Source of the DNA: an uncultured bacterium | GTDB lineage: Bacteria > Patescibacteriota > Minisyncoccia > UBA6257 > GWB1-50-10 | Assembly (NCBI GenBank): GCA_903827975.1 | Contig: CAIKKG010000014.1 | Span: forward strand, 52,833 to 116,832 | Direction of reading: 5' to 3' | DNA length: 64,000 nucleotides | Shown: positions 39,746-49,545 of the stretch, one piece after another | Position numbering within the stretch: the first letter of the stretch is position 1 | Layout of the letters: the number at the start of each line of letters is the position of its first letter | Notes under the pieces: model-generated | What the model saw: only the letters and a program-made list of their open reading frames with translations | What the model was told of the DNA's origin: nothing | Databases searched by the model: none | Program-made: the position numbers and the translations under genes

Positions 39746-40144
39746 TTAAACCTGCTTAGGTAGACAGGTTTTTACTTTTTCTACGAGCTCATTAATCGCC
39801 CAATTTGACTTAACTAAATAGCATGTAGGCTTATCTTCTCTAATTGAACTAACTACATTCACATCATTTTCGTTTAGATTTGAAAGTACTACAACTGAAA
39901 CATTTTTACCCCACTCGTTTTCTCCGCGTAATTTTTTAAGCATTTCTAGCCCACCCATCTTAGGCATTACAATATCAAGCAGAATAAGATCTGGTTGCTC
40001 TTTAATAGCCATAGCAAACCCTTCCTCACCGTCCTGAGCCTCGATAGCAGTAAAACCGTCACGAGCGAATTTATCCGCAAGTGCTTTGCGCTGAGATACC
40101 TCGTCCTCCACAATAAGTATTTTTCTTTTTATTAATTCTTCCAT
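39746..40144 (-). CDS. Single-domain response regulator
   Basis: 'ILIVEDE', 'LILLDIVMPKMGG', 'YLVK'. Confidence 0.93.
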   Translation of the reverse strand: MEELIKRKILIVEDEVSQRKALADKFARDGFTAIEAQDGEEGFAMAIKEQPDLILLDIVMPKMGGLEMLKKLRGENEWGKNVSVVVLSNLNENDVNVVSSIREDKPTCYLVKSNWAINELVEKVKTCLPKQV

Positions 40145-40183
40145 GTTTTTATTATATCAAACCATTGCTACTGGTAAAAATTA

Positions 40184-41935
40184 TTAGCTCTCAGAAACAA
40201 TACCAAGTCTTGTTGTCCCTACTTTTTCCACCATACCACTAAGTGGAATCACTACATGGAAAGCAGTTCCCTTGTTGAGCTCTGACTGAAACCATATCTC
40301 ACCTTTGGTATGTTCAATCACTGATTTAACCAAATATAGTCCCAATCCTGTACCATCTGTATCCATTTCTTTTACATTGTACGCGCGGAAGAGTTTTCCA
40401 AAAATTTTATCCTTTTGGTCTTCTGGAATACCATAACCATTATCTGATATGGTCAAAGCTAAGCTGACCTCTTTAATTATTTTATTCTCAAACTCATCAC
40501 CTTTTTGCTTCAGAAAAATCTCTATACCGATCTCACCCTTAGGTTGTGTGTATTTTATTGCGTTTGAAACAATATTTTGTATAACTATGCGCATAAGTTC
40601 TAAATCAACTACCACCGAACTAAGATTCTCTGAATATTTTTCGGAGATGTGCTGTTTCTTTTCTTGTATTTGTGGATATAGTCCTTGGATTATCTCTTTA
40701 GAGAGTCTAGGTATATCTACTGTTTCTGGCTTGATAGAAAATGTACCTAGTTCAATACGAGACATATTGAGCAATGCATTAATAAGAGTAATCATTCGCT
40801 GATTGTTTTTATATACCTCATCAAAATATTCTTTTTGTTTTTCATTTAACTCTCCAACCTCTCCCGAAATCAGCATCTCTAAAAACCACTTCATGCTTGT
40901 CGGTGGCGTTCGTAGCTGATGAGAAGCAAGTGAGATAAATTCAGTTTTTGCTCTGTCAATTTCTATTTCTTTTGTAATATCACGGAAAACATCAATCGCT
41001 CCTACTACTTTTCCATCAAGAATGATTGGTCTTGTATTTATTGCAACAGGAAAATGAGTTCCGTCTTTTCTAGCATAAAAAGTAGCAGTAGCAGTAGCAG
41101 TAGCAGTAGCAGTAGCAAGTGTAACCTGCGTTGGTCGTTTCTCTATTGGAATTCTAATTCCGTTTTCATCAAAGGATTGGACAACTTCAAACAAACTTTT
41201 TCCTCTTGCATCGCCGAATTGAAGCCCAAGCATTTCTTCAGCCGCTTTGTTGACCGTAATAATATTTCCACTTTCATCAACCGCAATAACTCCATCCCCA
41301 ATGGATGAGAGCATGGCCTCGTCCTTAGCACTTGCTTCCTCAATATTTTCTATGATTTTTTTAATCCAGGTGACATTAGTAATAATAATTATGAATAATA
41401 CAAAAATTAATAAACCAATACTAATATTTAATCTTATTTGTACAGCAGAGGTTTTTGAACGTATTAATGAACCTAGTATTGTGGCCTGATTTGCCATTTC
41501 AGATCTATGTTCCACCAACTGATTAACTAATTTAACTTCTATCTCATGTGTCTTTTGCGGGTCAGATAATACTGTTGGAAGATTCAAAAAAAGGTCACCA
41601 CCGATTTGTTTTATGGAATTATTATGTTCATCAATTAAACCAACCGATTGAAGTTCATCAGGGGCGACGAAATTTGTCTTCATACTCATAACTAGCACAT
41701 CAATATCTTTAGATGATGAAATCCATTTTTCTCGAGAGGAATCATCTGGATGTAATAGATATGCATCAAGAAGGTTTGCACGCTCGAAGATGTGGGTCCT
41801 AATATCACTAATAATTTCTAGTTTTAAAGTGTTGGCATTAGTTTGTATTACAGTAATAAATATAAATACACCTGCCAGAATCGAGACAATTAAGGAGATA
41901 GCGAAGACAATGCTGATTTTTGTTTTATTTTTCAT
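40184..41935 (-). CDS. PAS sensor histidine kinase
   Basis: Two TMs, PAS 'SIGDGVIAVD', 'SHQLRTPPT', 'DNGYGI', 'GTGLGL'. Confidence 0.92.
   Translation of the reverse strand: MKNKTKISIVFAISLIVSILAGVFIFITVIQTNANTLKLEIISDIRTHIFERANLLDAYLLHPDDSSREKWISSSKDIDVLVMSMKTNFVAPDELQSVGLIDEHNNSIKQIGGDLFLNLPTVLSDPQKTHEIEVKLVNQLVEHRSEMANQATILGSLIRSKTSAVQIRLNISIGLLIFVLFIIIITNVTWIKKIIENIEEASAKDEAMLSSIGDGVIAVDESGNIITVNKAAEEMLGLQFGDARGKSLFEVVQSFDENGIRIPIEKRPTQVTLATATATATATATFYARKDGTHFPVAINTRPIILDGKVVGAIDVFRDITKEIEIDRAKTEFISLASHQLRTPPTSMKWFLEMLISGEVGELNEKQKEYFDEVYKNNQRMITLINALLNMSRIELGTFSIKPETVDIPRLSKEIIQGLYPQIQEKKQHISEKYSENLSSVVVDLELMRIVIQNIVSNAIKYTQPKGEIGIEIFLKQKGDEFENKIIKEVSLALTISDNGYGIPEDQKDKIFGKLFRAYNVKEMDTDGTGLGLYLVKSVIEHTKGEIWFQSELNKGTAFHVVIPLSGMVEKVGTTRLGIVSES
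41081..41116. repeat. (AGTAGC)6 in-frame microsatellite encoding (Ala-Thr)6
   Basis: Six perfect hexamer copies inside the PAS domain. Confidence 0.95.
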
Positions 41936-42007
41936 AAGATTATGGTTTTAATTATATCACTATCTAGTATGTCAAATAAAAAAACCGCCTTTCGGCGGTG
42001 TTTTTTT

Positions 42008-42084
42008 TGGTGGACCTGACCGGATTCGAACCGGTGACCTCCTCATTGCAAATGAGGCGCTCTAACCAACTGAGCTACAGGCCC
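42008..42084 (-). tRNA. tRNA-Ala(TGC)
   Basis: GGGCCTG...TTTGCAA...TTCGAAT...CAGGTCC ACCA; G3-U70 identity pair; CCA encoded. Confidence 0.97.
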
Positions 42085-42171
42085 AGAACCCATTTCTTGC
42101 CCCGCTTGCGCTTCGCTTCTTTGGGGTACTGAATTTTGTATTCTCTCATTGACTCGCGAACAAAATTCGTG

Positions 42172-42243
42172 TGGGCGTGGAAGGGATCGAACCTTCGACC
42201 TCTGTCTTATCAGGACAGCGTTCTACCACTGAACTACACGCCC
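42172..42243 (-). tRNA. tRNA-Ile(GAT)
   Basis: GGGCGTG...CTGATAA loop...TTCGATC...CACGCCC A; no encoded CCA. Confidence 0.95.
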
Positions 42244-42273
42244 AAATTACTACTTTAATAAAATACCAGACAA

Positions 42274-42492
42274 TTACGACTTTGGTAACTTTAATGCCTC
42301 GAACCCTTGGATGTCAAACTTTTCCGGTGCAGATGATGATTCACTTGTTGAAAATGACTTATTTAGGCTATTTGTCAGTTTTGTCATTTGAGACACGACG
42401 AATACTCCTACCAGGACAACCATAATAAGTGCCATTATTGTGAAAACAATTCTTCTCGAAATCCTAAACTTAATTTTATTAATAAGTTCCAT
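42274..42492 (-). CDS. Small single-TM hypothetical protein
   Basis: 72-aa ORF co-oriented directly after the PilO-like gene. Confidence 0.6.
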   Translation of the reverse strand: MELINKIKFRISRRIVFTIMALIMVVLVGVFVVSQMTKLTNSLNKSFSTSESSSAPEKFDIQGFEALKLPKS

Positions 42493-42502
42493 AATAATTT
42501 AA

Positions 42503-43033
42503 TTATTCCTGCCTAAAGAATACCTGACCATGTGTTGTAAGTTGACCATTACCTTCTGAAGTTCTAACTATAGAAAAACTATCAAATGTTGAGAAATACC
42601 TGAAGTTTTGTAGCTCTGATACAAATTCAATTAGTTTTTCAAAGTTTCCATTAACCTCTAGCTTAAATTTCATATTTCCAAAATATGTTCCACTTGCTGG
42701 TGATTCGCTTAAAAATGAGAACGATGAAGAAAGGCCATTCTTAGATGAGATTAGCTGAAATTCTTTTGAAAGATTAATGAGTTGATCTTTAATCGGAACA
42801 GCAGCCTTCATAGACTGAAGATATTTGCCAACCTCTCCTGAATACTGTGTTTGCAGTGATGCTAATGAGCCAAGGTCTTTAGCTTGTTTTGTTAACTGAT
42901 TTCTTTTTGCTGATATCTGATCGCTGTACTCAGTTACTCTACTACTTAGAAAACTGATGCCAGCAAAAAGCGTTAACAATATTGCCAATGTAATAACGCT
43001 TTCGGTAAGTAATTTTTTCTTGAATTGATCCAT
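42503..43033 (-). CDS. Type IV pilus assembly PilO-like protein
   Basis: TM, coiled coil and 'LEVNGNFEKLIEFVSELQN' ferredoxin-like PilO pattern; start ATG 43033 or TTG 43042. Confidence 0.65.
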   Translation of the reverse strand: MDQFKKKLLTESVITLAILLTLFAGISFLSSRVTEYSDQISAKRNQLTKQAKDLGSLASLQTQYSGEVGKYLQSMKAAVPIKDQLINLSKEFQLISSKNGLSSSFSFLSESPASGTYFGNMKFKLEVNGNFEKLIEFVSELQNFRYFSTFDSFSIVRTSEGNGQLTTHGQVFFRQE

Positions 43034-43081
43034 AAAACTCAATCACTCAAATCTTAGTGTATAATTATCTTATCATATTAA

Positions 43082-43963
43082 ATGAGAGAATGCATTCTAA
43101 CATTACATTCAGATGATTCGGCATACCCAAGACTTCTTAAGGAGACCGTTGGGTTCCCAAAAACGCTTCATTATATAGGCTCATTACCCACGAGTGAGGA
43201 GATTTGCGTTTCAATAGTTGGTACCCGAAAAGCAACGCGAGAAGGATTGGCTATCGCACACGAGACGGCTAAGGAGATTGCTAAAAGAGGTTTTACAATT
43301 GTTAGTGGACTCGCACTTGGAATTGACGGGGCTGCACATGAGGGTGCCCTTGCTGGGAAAGGAAAGACTGTAGCAGTGCTTGCGAATGGGCTTGATTCTG
43401 TATACCCAAAACAACACGAAAATCTTGCTAAGCTCATAATAGAAAATGGCGGATGCATAATTTCAGAGTATTCAGATGGAACCCCCTCATATCCAAATCA
43501 GTTTCTTGAAAGAAATAGAATTGTGAGTGGGCTTTCAATAGCTACGATTGTGATAGAGGCGCCAGAACGATCTGGGTCACTTGCAACTGCGCGCAATGCG
43601 ATTGAGCAAGGACGTGAAGTATTTATTTTTCCAGGAAGTGTTAATCATGTTAATTATCGCGGATCACATAGACTTATCCGAGATGGCGCTCGATTGGTAA
43701 CAAATTTTTCAGATATTTTAGAAGACCTTGGGATGAGCGATAAAACACCAAGAGAGCAGAGCCTTACAAAAATTACAGAGCTTGAGGACGAGAATGAGAT
43801 TGAAATTGTACGAACACTTCTTGAATCGCCAGATTCTATTACAATTGACAAAATAATTGAACTCACTATACTTCCGCCACATATCGTCAGTGAAAAGCTA
43901 ACACTACTAATATTTGACGGTATTGTGTCAGAGCAGAATGGTTTGTTCTCAATTCGTTCATAA
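43082..43963 (+). CDS. dprA: DNA-processing protein DprA
   Basis: 'IVGTR', 'IVSGLALGIDGAAH', 'RNRIVSGLS', 'SGSLATA'. Confidence 0.95.
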   Translation: MRECILTLHSDDSAYPRLLKETVGFPKTLHYIGSLPTSEEICVSIVGTRKATREGLAIAHETAKEIAKRGFTIVSGLALGIDGAAHEGALAGKGKTVAVLANGLDSVYPKQHENLAKLIIENGGCIISEYSDGTPSYPNQFLERNRIVSGLSIATIVIEAPERSGSLATARNAIEQGREVFIFPGSVNHVNYRGSHRLIRDGARLVTNFSDILEDLGMSDKTPREQSLTKITELEDENEIEIVRTLLESPDSITIDKIIELTILPPHIVSEKLTLLIFDGIVSEQNGLFSIRS

Positions 43964-43986
43964 TATATACATATATATAGACACGC

Positions 43987-46176
43987 ATGAAACTTGTTAT
44001 CGTAGAGAGCCCTGCAAAGGCAAAAACAATTGAAAAATACCTAAAGGGAGAATATAAGGTCGTCGCAAGCGTCGGCCATATTCGCGACCTACCAAAAAGT
44101 AATAAAAAGGCTATTGATATACCCGCTGGCTTTGTTCCTCATTACGAAATTTCAAAAGGAAAAGAGGAGGTTGTTCGTGAGATACAAAAACTTTCAAAAA
44201 AAGCAGAAGAGGTTCTTCTCGCAACTGACCCTGATAGAGAGGGTGAGGCAATAGCATGGCACATAAAGGAGGCGGTTGGATTAAAGAATCCTAAGCGTGT
44301 TGTTTTCCATGAAATAACAGAGCCCGCGGTTCAGGAGGCTATACGACACCCTCGCCACATAGATGAAAATCTAAGAAAGGCGCAGGAGGCTCGTCGCGTT
44401 CTTGACAGGCTTGTAGGTTATGACCTTTCAGGACTTATTTGGAAAAAGGTTCGATATGGTCTTTCTGCTGGGCGTGTTCAATCCCCCGCACTAAGAATAA
44501 TTATGGAAAAGGAGCGCGAGATTCGCGCTTTTGTTCCTGAACATTTTTGGACAATAAGCGGAAAATTTAAAACAAAAAGTAAGCATGAATTATTGCTTAT
44601 ATGCGAAAAAGAACCAAGAGACGAGTCTGAAACTAATTCAATCTTAGAACACGCAAAAAAAGGCTCTTGGTTTGTTATTTCCGTAAAACAAACTGAGGCT
44701 AAGCGATCTCCAAAACCACCATTTATTACATCCACACTTCAACAGACAGCCAGTTCACGACTTGGATTCTCCCCTTCACGCACAATGTCTATTGCTCAGA
44801 AACTATATGAGGCAGGACATATTACATATATGCGTACTGATAGTGTGAATCTTAGTGAGTTAGCACTAAAAGATATATATGCCGTTATCGAGAAGAAGTA
44901 TGGATCTGAATTTTTATCACCTAGAAAATATATTACTAAGAGTAAAAATGCTCAGGAGGCGCATGAGGCAATCCGCATAACAAAGCCAAGCGTTGTACAC
45001 GCTGGAAATAATGAGGAACAGAAACGCCTATATGATCTAATATGGCAACGAACAATTGCATCACAGATGACTGATGCAAAAGTTTTACGAACAAAAGTTA
45101 GCGCAAACATTGATGAGAATAATACTATTCCAAATTTTTCAATAAATGGAAATGTTGTTTTGTTTCCAGGATGGCTCTCTGCTGACGCAGGTGCAAAAGG
45201 AGAGGATGTTGAGTTACCACCAATTAAGGAGGGAGAGCCAGTATCATTATTATCTATTGAGGCGGAAGGAAAGGATACTGAGCCACCACCACGCTACACA
45301 GAGGCGGGCCTTGTCAAAGAGCTTGAGAAGCGAGATATCGGACGACCTAGTACATACGCGTCCATAATTAAGACGCTTCAGGACAGAGGATATGTAGAAA
45401 AAATTAATAAGGCACTTAATCCAACTGACACCGGAGAAGTGGTAAGTGATTTTTTGGAGAAGAACTTTGCAGAATACATCAGCGATTCATTTACTGCGGA
45501 AATGGAAAATAAGCTCGATGAGATTGCGGAAGGAAAAAGCGAATATAAAAAAATTCTTAAGAACTTCTATACCCCATTCGCTAAGGAGATTAAGGAGAAG
45601 GAGAAATTAGAAAAAGCAACGAATCTTGGTGAAGATGCTCGCTTCACGTGTCCAATTGATTCAACGCACGGACCGATGGTTATTAAACTTGGTCGCGCTG
45701 GTAAATTCCTGAGCTGTCGATTATTTGATGATAAAACAATAAATTGTCCTGGCGCCAGAAAACTTGATGGAACTCTTATGGAGGGTCCAAAGGAGACTGG
45801 AGAGTTGTGTCCCGAGTGTGGTGGTAAACTTCTAGAACGCGAAGGAAAGTTTGGAAAATTTATTGCTTGCAGTAATTGGAAGCGCGGGAAAAAAGGATGT
45901 CACTATATAAAACAAAGTCCTGAGGAAGAGGAAAAAAGGAAAACTGGGGTTAAATGTCCTGAGTGTGGCGGAGAAATAGTTGAACGACGTGGAAGATTTG
46001 GCGCATTCTTTAGTTGTGCTAATTATCCTAAGTGTAAATTCATAATTAAATCTCGACCCACTGGGAAAAAGTGTGAGCTTTGTGGAGCGCTAATGATGGA
46101 GGGTACAAAAACAATTCCTGAGCGATGCTCAAACAAAGCCTGCCCAAACCATAACCCACATAAGATTAAGAAATAG
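43987..46176 (+). CDS. topA: DNA topoisomerase I
   Basis: 'IVESPAKAKTI', 'ATDPDREGEAI', 'ITYMRTDS', C-terminal zinc ribbons. Confidence 0.97.
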   Translation: MKLVIVESPAKAKTIEKYLKGEYKVVASVGHIRDLPKSNKKAIDIPAGFVPHYEISKGKEEVVREIQKLSKKAEEVLLATDPDREGEAIAWHIKEAVGLKNPKRVVFHEITEPAVQEAIRHPRHIDENLRKAQEARRVLDRLVGYDLSGLIWKKVRYGLSAGRVQSPALRIIMEKEREIRAFVPEHFWTISGKFKTKSKHELLLICEKEPRDESETNSILEHAKKGSWFVISVKQTEAKRSPKPPFITSTLQQTASSRLGFSPSRTMSIAQKLYEAGHITYMRTDSVNLSELALKDIYAVIEKKYGSEFLSPRKYITKSKNAQEAHEAIRITKPSVVHAGNNEEQKRLYDLIWQRTIASQMTDAKVLRTKVSANIDENNTIPNFSINGNVVLFPGWLSADAGAKGEDVELPPIKEGEPVSLLSIEAEGKDTEPPPRYTEAGLVKELEKRDIGRPSTYASIIKTLQDRGYVEKINKALNPTDTGEVVSDFLEKNFAEYISDSFTAEMENKLDEIAEGKSEYKKILKNFYTPFAKEIKEKEKLEKATNLGEDARFTCPIDSTHGPMVIKLGRAGKFLSCRLFDDKTINCPGARKLDGTLMEGPKETGELCPECGGKLLEREGKFGKFIACSNWKRGKKGCHYIKQSPEEEEKRKTGVKCPECGGEIVERRGRFGAFFSCANYPKCKFIIKSRPTGKKCELCGALMMEGTKTIPERCSNKACPNHNPHKIKK

Positions 46177-46306
46177 TGGGTTAGTTTCTGTTCTCGCGTT
46201 GACAATGTAAAAATTCTATGACAATGTAGTTTTAGGTAATTAAAAAACCTCTTCTGTGCGTCGTGCATCATCAGAGAAAATAATACACTTAAACCAAGGA
46301 GGTAAT

Positions 46307-46873
46307 GTGGTTAAAAAGAAGCTGGCGCTCAGGCTCCTCAAGAAGAAAGTCGACTCACTTTTGGTGCGGGAGGAGAAGAAAGAAAAGGTAATGGAACAAC
46401 CCCCAATTGCACTCATGATTCCAGAAAAACTTCTGGTTTCTCAGTGCGACGGGGCGGAGACCTGCCTTCAGAGCGGACTCTTCTTCCCAATCAAAAATAA
46501 AGATGCGAAGGATGTCATGCATCTTGATTCCGCAGTAAACAAGCCGACAACAGCCGCAAAGGTCCGCGTCTACGAACTCAAACGTGATGCAACCTTCGGC
46601 CAGATGTTCAAGCACCTTAGGAATAATCCTCGCAAAATGTGTTTCACAGAGGCACAGATCTGCACCTTCATCCGTGAGAATAAACACGTTCTCACGAGCT
46701 GTGATGCAACATTCTTCCCGTTCGCCCTCAAAAGCGGAAAGGTGGCAGTTCTGCACGTCACCTACTACCCAGAGATTTCGGAGGACCAGTTCTGTATGTA
46801 CACATACCCTATTTGGAATCTCAGGCCATGGAATACGAAATTTAAATTCCATCTTGTTGTAATGTCTAAGTAA
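46307..46873 (+). CDS. Hypothetical protein, paralogous to 28637-29131
   Basis: GTG 46307 after AAGGAGGT; 'VYELKRDATFGQMF...MCFTEAQICTFIREN...ATFFPF'. Confidence 0.7.
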   Translation: MVKKKLALRLLKKKVDSLLVREEKKEKVMEQPPIALMIPEKLLVSQCDGAETCLQSGLFFPIKNKDAKDVMHLDSAVNKPTTAAKVRVYELKRDATFGQMFKHLRNNPRKMCFTEAQICTFIRENKHVLTSCDATFFPFALKSGKVAVLHVTYYPEISEDQFCMYTYPIWNLRPWNTKFKFHLVVMSK

Positions 46874-46874
46874 A

Positions 46875-46905
46875 AAAATCCCCCGCCAATTGGCGGGGGT
46901 ATTTA
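46875..46905. terminator. Bidirectional terminator
   Basis: ccccgcca-at-tggcgggg between convergent genes. Confidence 0.75.
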
Positions 46906-46907
46906 TT

Positions 46908-47939
46908 TTAATATGCAGTCGTAAGACACACGTGATGAGGGTAGTCAAAACTCTCCTGTCCCTTAATCCATCTATATGAGTCGAGCTCGCAAATAGAAAT
47001 CGGGCGAAGTCCTTCAGTTCCTCTACACGCATTGATGATTTTTAGTTCTTCCATTTGTGCGAATACCGTAGCGGCCCTCAACTCAGTTTCCATTCTTGAG
47101 CCCGCTTTAATTATGGAACGGTCCATAATTTTTTGCATAAGAGAATCTGAGTATATAAAAATTCCATCAGAATGATACCCACGAGGAATCTCATAATCAG
47201 GAATTGGCCCAAGATATTCAATATCTTCAATTAGCCTTTTGAACTTCTGAGTGGCTTTCTCGTGATAGATTTTTACGAATAGTTGCGCTCGTTTCATGAA
47301 ATGAAATTTGCGTACATTACCTTCACCATCTACAAGTGTCGCGTTATCTGCTCCAAAAGTATTTGGGAATTTATTTAGTAGAATATCTACAACACCATCA
47401 CTTCCGTTCTTGCCAAATGCACGATATTGTCCTTCTTCCAAAATATTCATTGGGTCGCCATCAAATTTTTCACTTACAACGATGGCGGCCTCTTCAAGTA
47501 GATCCCTGCGCTCACCAATCATTGGTAAATCATTGAATCCCTTGAAAAACTTTTTTGTTCTTCCAAGCGAAAAAACAATATTCAAAATATCATTTGCATA
47601 TACTGGTGACTCATGGAATGTGCGGAAAAAGCACGCCCCCATAGCGGCGGAACCAAACTTAACATTGTTCCCTGATTTTGCGGAAAATGTAAGCTCATAC
47701 TCTGTTCGAAACTGCCCAGGATGAGCAAAACAGAAATTTACGCACGAGCGCCAAAACTCCTGAGTTACGAATGCGAGAAAATCATGCGCATAAATAGCAT
47801 CGTCATTCCACTTCGGAATAGAAAATTTACGAAGTGCAACTTCAGATGCGGATGCAAAAAGCATTGCCTCGTCTACATATACATGCTGAGGAACTAATGC
47901 TGACCAACTTTCAAGCGTTTCCTGCGTACGCCAATTCAT
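46908..47939 (-). CDS. Queuosine salvage family protein (QNG1/DUF2419-like)
   Basis: 'FMKRAQLF', 'PDYEIP', 'GSRMETELRAATV', C-terminal 'PHH...TTAY'; ATG 47939 after AAGGAGGT. Confidence 0.8.
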   Translation of the reverse strand: MNWRTQETLESWSALVPQHVYVDEAMLFASASEVALRKFSIPKWNDDAIYAHDFLAFVTQEFWRSCVNFCFAHPGQFRTEYELTFSAKSGNNVKFGSAAMGACFFRTFHESPVYANDILNIVFSLGRTKKFFKGFNDLPMIGERRDLLEEAAIVVSEKFDGDPMNILEEGQYRAFGKNGSDGVVDILLNKFPNTFGADNATLVDGEGNVRKFHFMKRAQLFVKIYHEKATQKFKRLIEDIEYLGPIPDYEIPRGYHSDGIFIYSDSLMQKIMDRSIIKAGSRMETELRAATVFAQMEELKIINACRGTEGLRPISICELDSYRWIKGQESFDYPHHVCLTTAY

Positions 47940-48021
47940 GTGTACCTCCTTCAAGGTTTTAAAGAAACTGCGTATAAAATACAGAAAAAACGTGATTATG
48001 TCAATTACGTTTTTAGATTTT

Positions 48022-48783
48022 TTATTTTGTTAAAACCTCGCATCCGCCTTCTGTTATTGCAATTGTATGTTCAAAATGAGCACTAAGACTTCTATCTTTT
48101 GTTTCATAGCTTCCATCACGAGATAAAACCGCATACTTCGATCCTACTGAGAACATTGGCTCGATTGCGAGCACAAGTCCAGGCACAAGTTTCATGCCCT
48201 CACCCCTATTCCCATAGTTAAAAACACTAGGATCCTCATGTAGTTCAAAGCCCACTCCATGCCCTGTAAGCCCCTGAATTACGCTAAAATTGGCCTTTTT
48301 AGCGGTGTTTTCGATAGCCCAGCCAATATCTCCCAAGTACCCACCAGGCACACATTCCTTGATTGATTTCTCTAGTGCGAGCTCTGTTGTCTTTATAAGC
48401 AGTTTTGCTTCGTCTGTGATTCTACCTATCCCGATTGTCATAGCTGCATCAGTTATTCTCCCCTTATAAGTTACACCGAGGTCAATCGAAAGAATATCAC
48501 CATTTTTTAAAACATACTTCCCTGGGATTCCGTGAACAATTGTTTCATTTACTGAGGCACAAAGAGCCGCTGGGTACGGCTTATTTGCGCCCTCTGGCGT
48601 GTAGCCCAAAAACGTGGGCTCACCACCAGCCTCACTTATAAGTTTTCGTGCAAGTTTATCAAGTGTTGAAAGTTGAATACCTTCTTTTGCAATTAATGCG
48701 ATTTCACTTAATGTGTTTGCTAAAATTTTCCCCGAGACCCGCATTAGTTTTATGTCGGCCTCAGTTTTTAAACGTATCTTCAT
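48022..48783 (-). CDS. map: Methionine aminopeptidase type I
   Basis: 'SVNETIVHGIP', 'GHGVGFELHEDP', 'AIEPM', 'SAHFEHT'. Confidence 0.96.
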   Translation of the reverse strand: MKIRLKTEADIKLMRVSGKILANTLSEIALIAKEGIQLSTLDKLARKLISEAGGEPTFLGYTPEGANKPYPAALCASVNETIVHGIPGKYVLKNGDILSIDLGVTYKGRITDAAMTIGIGRITDEAKLLIKTTELALEKSIKECVPGGYLGDIGWAIENTAKKANFSVIQGLTGHGVGFELHEDPSVFNYGNRGEGMKLVPGLVLAIEPMFSVGSKYAVLSRDGSYETKDRSLSAHFEHTIAITEGGCEVLTK

Positions 48784-48787
48784 CTTA

Positions 48788-49468
48788 TTATCCGAGCTTC
48801 AATGCTTTAATGATTTTTTCTGAAACTTTATATGGCAACGATTCTCCGTCCAATTTTTTAATTGTGAATCCTTTCTTTTTCATTTCTGAAACAATTGGGT
48901 ATGTTCTCTCTCTATATTCCTTTAGGCGAACCTTAATCACCTCAGGATTATCTAATGAGCGCGTTCTCATAGTGCCGGCACATAGCGCACAATGTGGAAG
49001 TTTTGCACTTTCCAATTTAGGAAGTCCGCACTGTGAGCAGACTACTCGATGACTGTTTCTTTTTATCGAGGTTGAGTCTTCGACATTAAGTAAAACAACA
49101 GAAATATTTTCCTTGCCAAATGATTTAATAAGAGACTCGGTTAGGCCCTTCGTCTTGCCTCCGCCGAATGCCTCAAACATTGTTCTTGGGGAACCACTAA
49201 AAACTAAATTATATCCTGCTTTCGCGATTCTTTCAGACTCTTCTCTAGTAATTTTTAAAACCCACTCTGGTGAGCATAATATTCCTGAATCAAAATTTGC
49301 TTTTTCTCTTTTTAAAATTGGATCTGTTTTTGCCTTTGGCGAACGAAAAAGACTCTCAAGATATCGCCCCGTATCGAGATGTATAAAATTAAATTTTCTC
49401 GCTAACAAATCCGCCTGCGTACCCTTCCCAGAACCCGGAGGTCCATAAATAATTACAGCTTTTGACAT
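48788..49468 (-). CDS. adk: Adenylate kinase
   Basis: 'GPPGSGKGTQA', zinc LID CxxC..CxxC, synteny with secY/map. Confidence 0.88.
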   Translation of the reverse strand: MSKAVIIYGPPGSGKGTQADLLARKFNFIHLDTGRYLESLFRSPKAKTDPILKREKANFDSGILCSPEWVLKITREESERIAKAGYNLVFSGSPRTMFEAFGGGKTKGLTESLIKSFGKENISVVLLNVEDSTSIKRNSHRVVCSQCGLPKLESAKLPHCALCAGTMRTRSLDNPEVIKVRLKEYRERTYPIVSEMKKKGFTIKKLDGESLPYKVSEKIIKALKLG

Positions 49469-49517
49469 ATATTTTATTATACATTTCGATTTTAAAAATC
49501 GCTAATTTAAAAAAATA

Positions 49518-49541
49518 AAAACCCCCGCTTATGGCGGGGGT
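49518..49541 (-). terminator. Intrinsic terminator
   Basis: acccccgc-ttatg-gcgggggt with T-tract on - strand. Confidence 0.75.
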
Positions 49542-49545
49542 ATAC

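Noticed and set aside
46355-47032. 225-aa minus-strand ORF
   Set aside because: Antisense shadow of the SD-bearing gene 46307-46873; it crosses a terminator and has no recognisable motifs.
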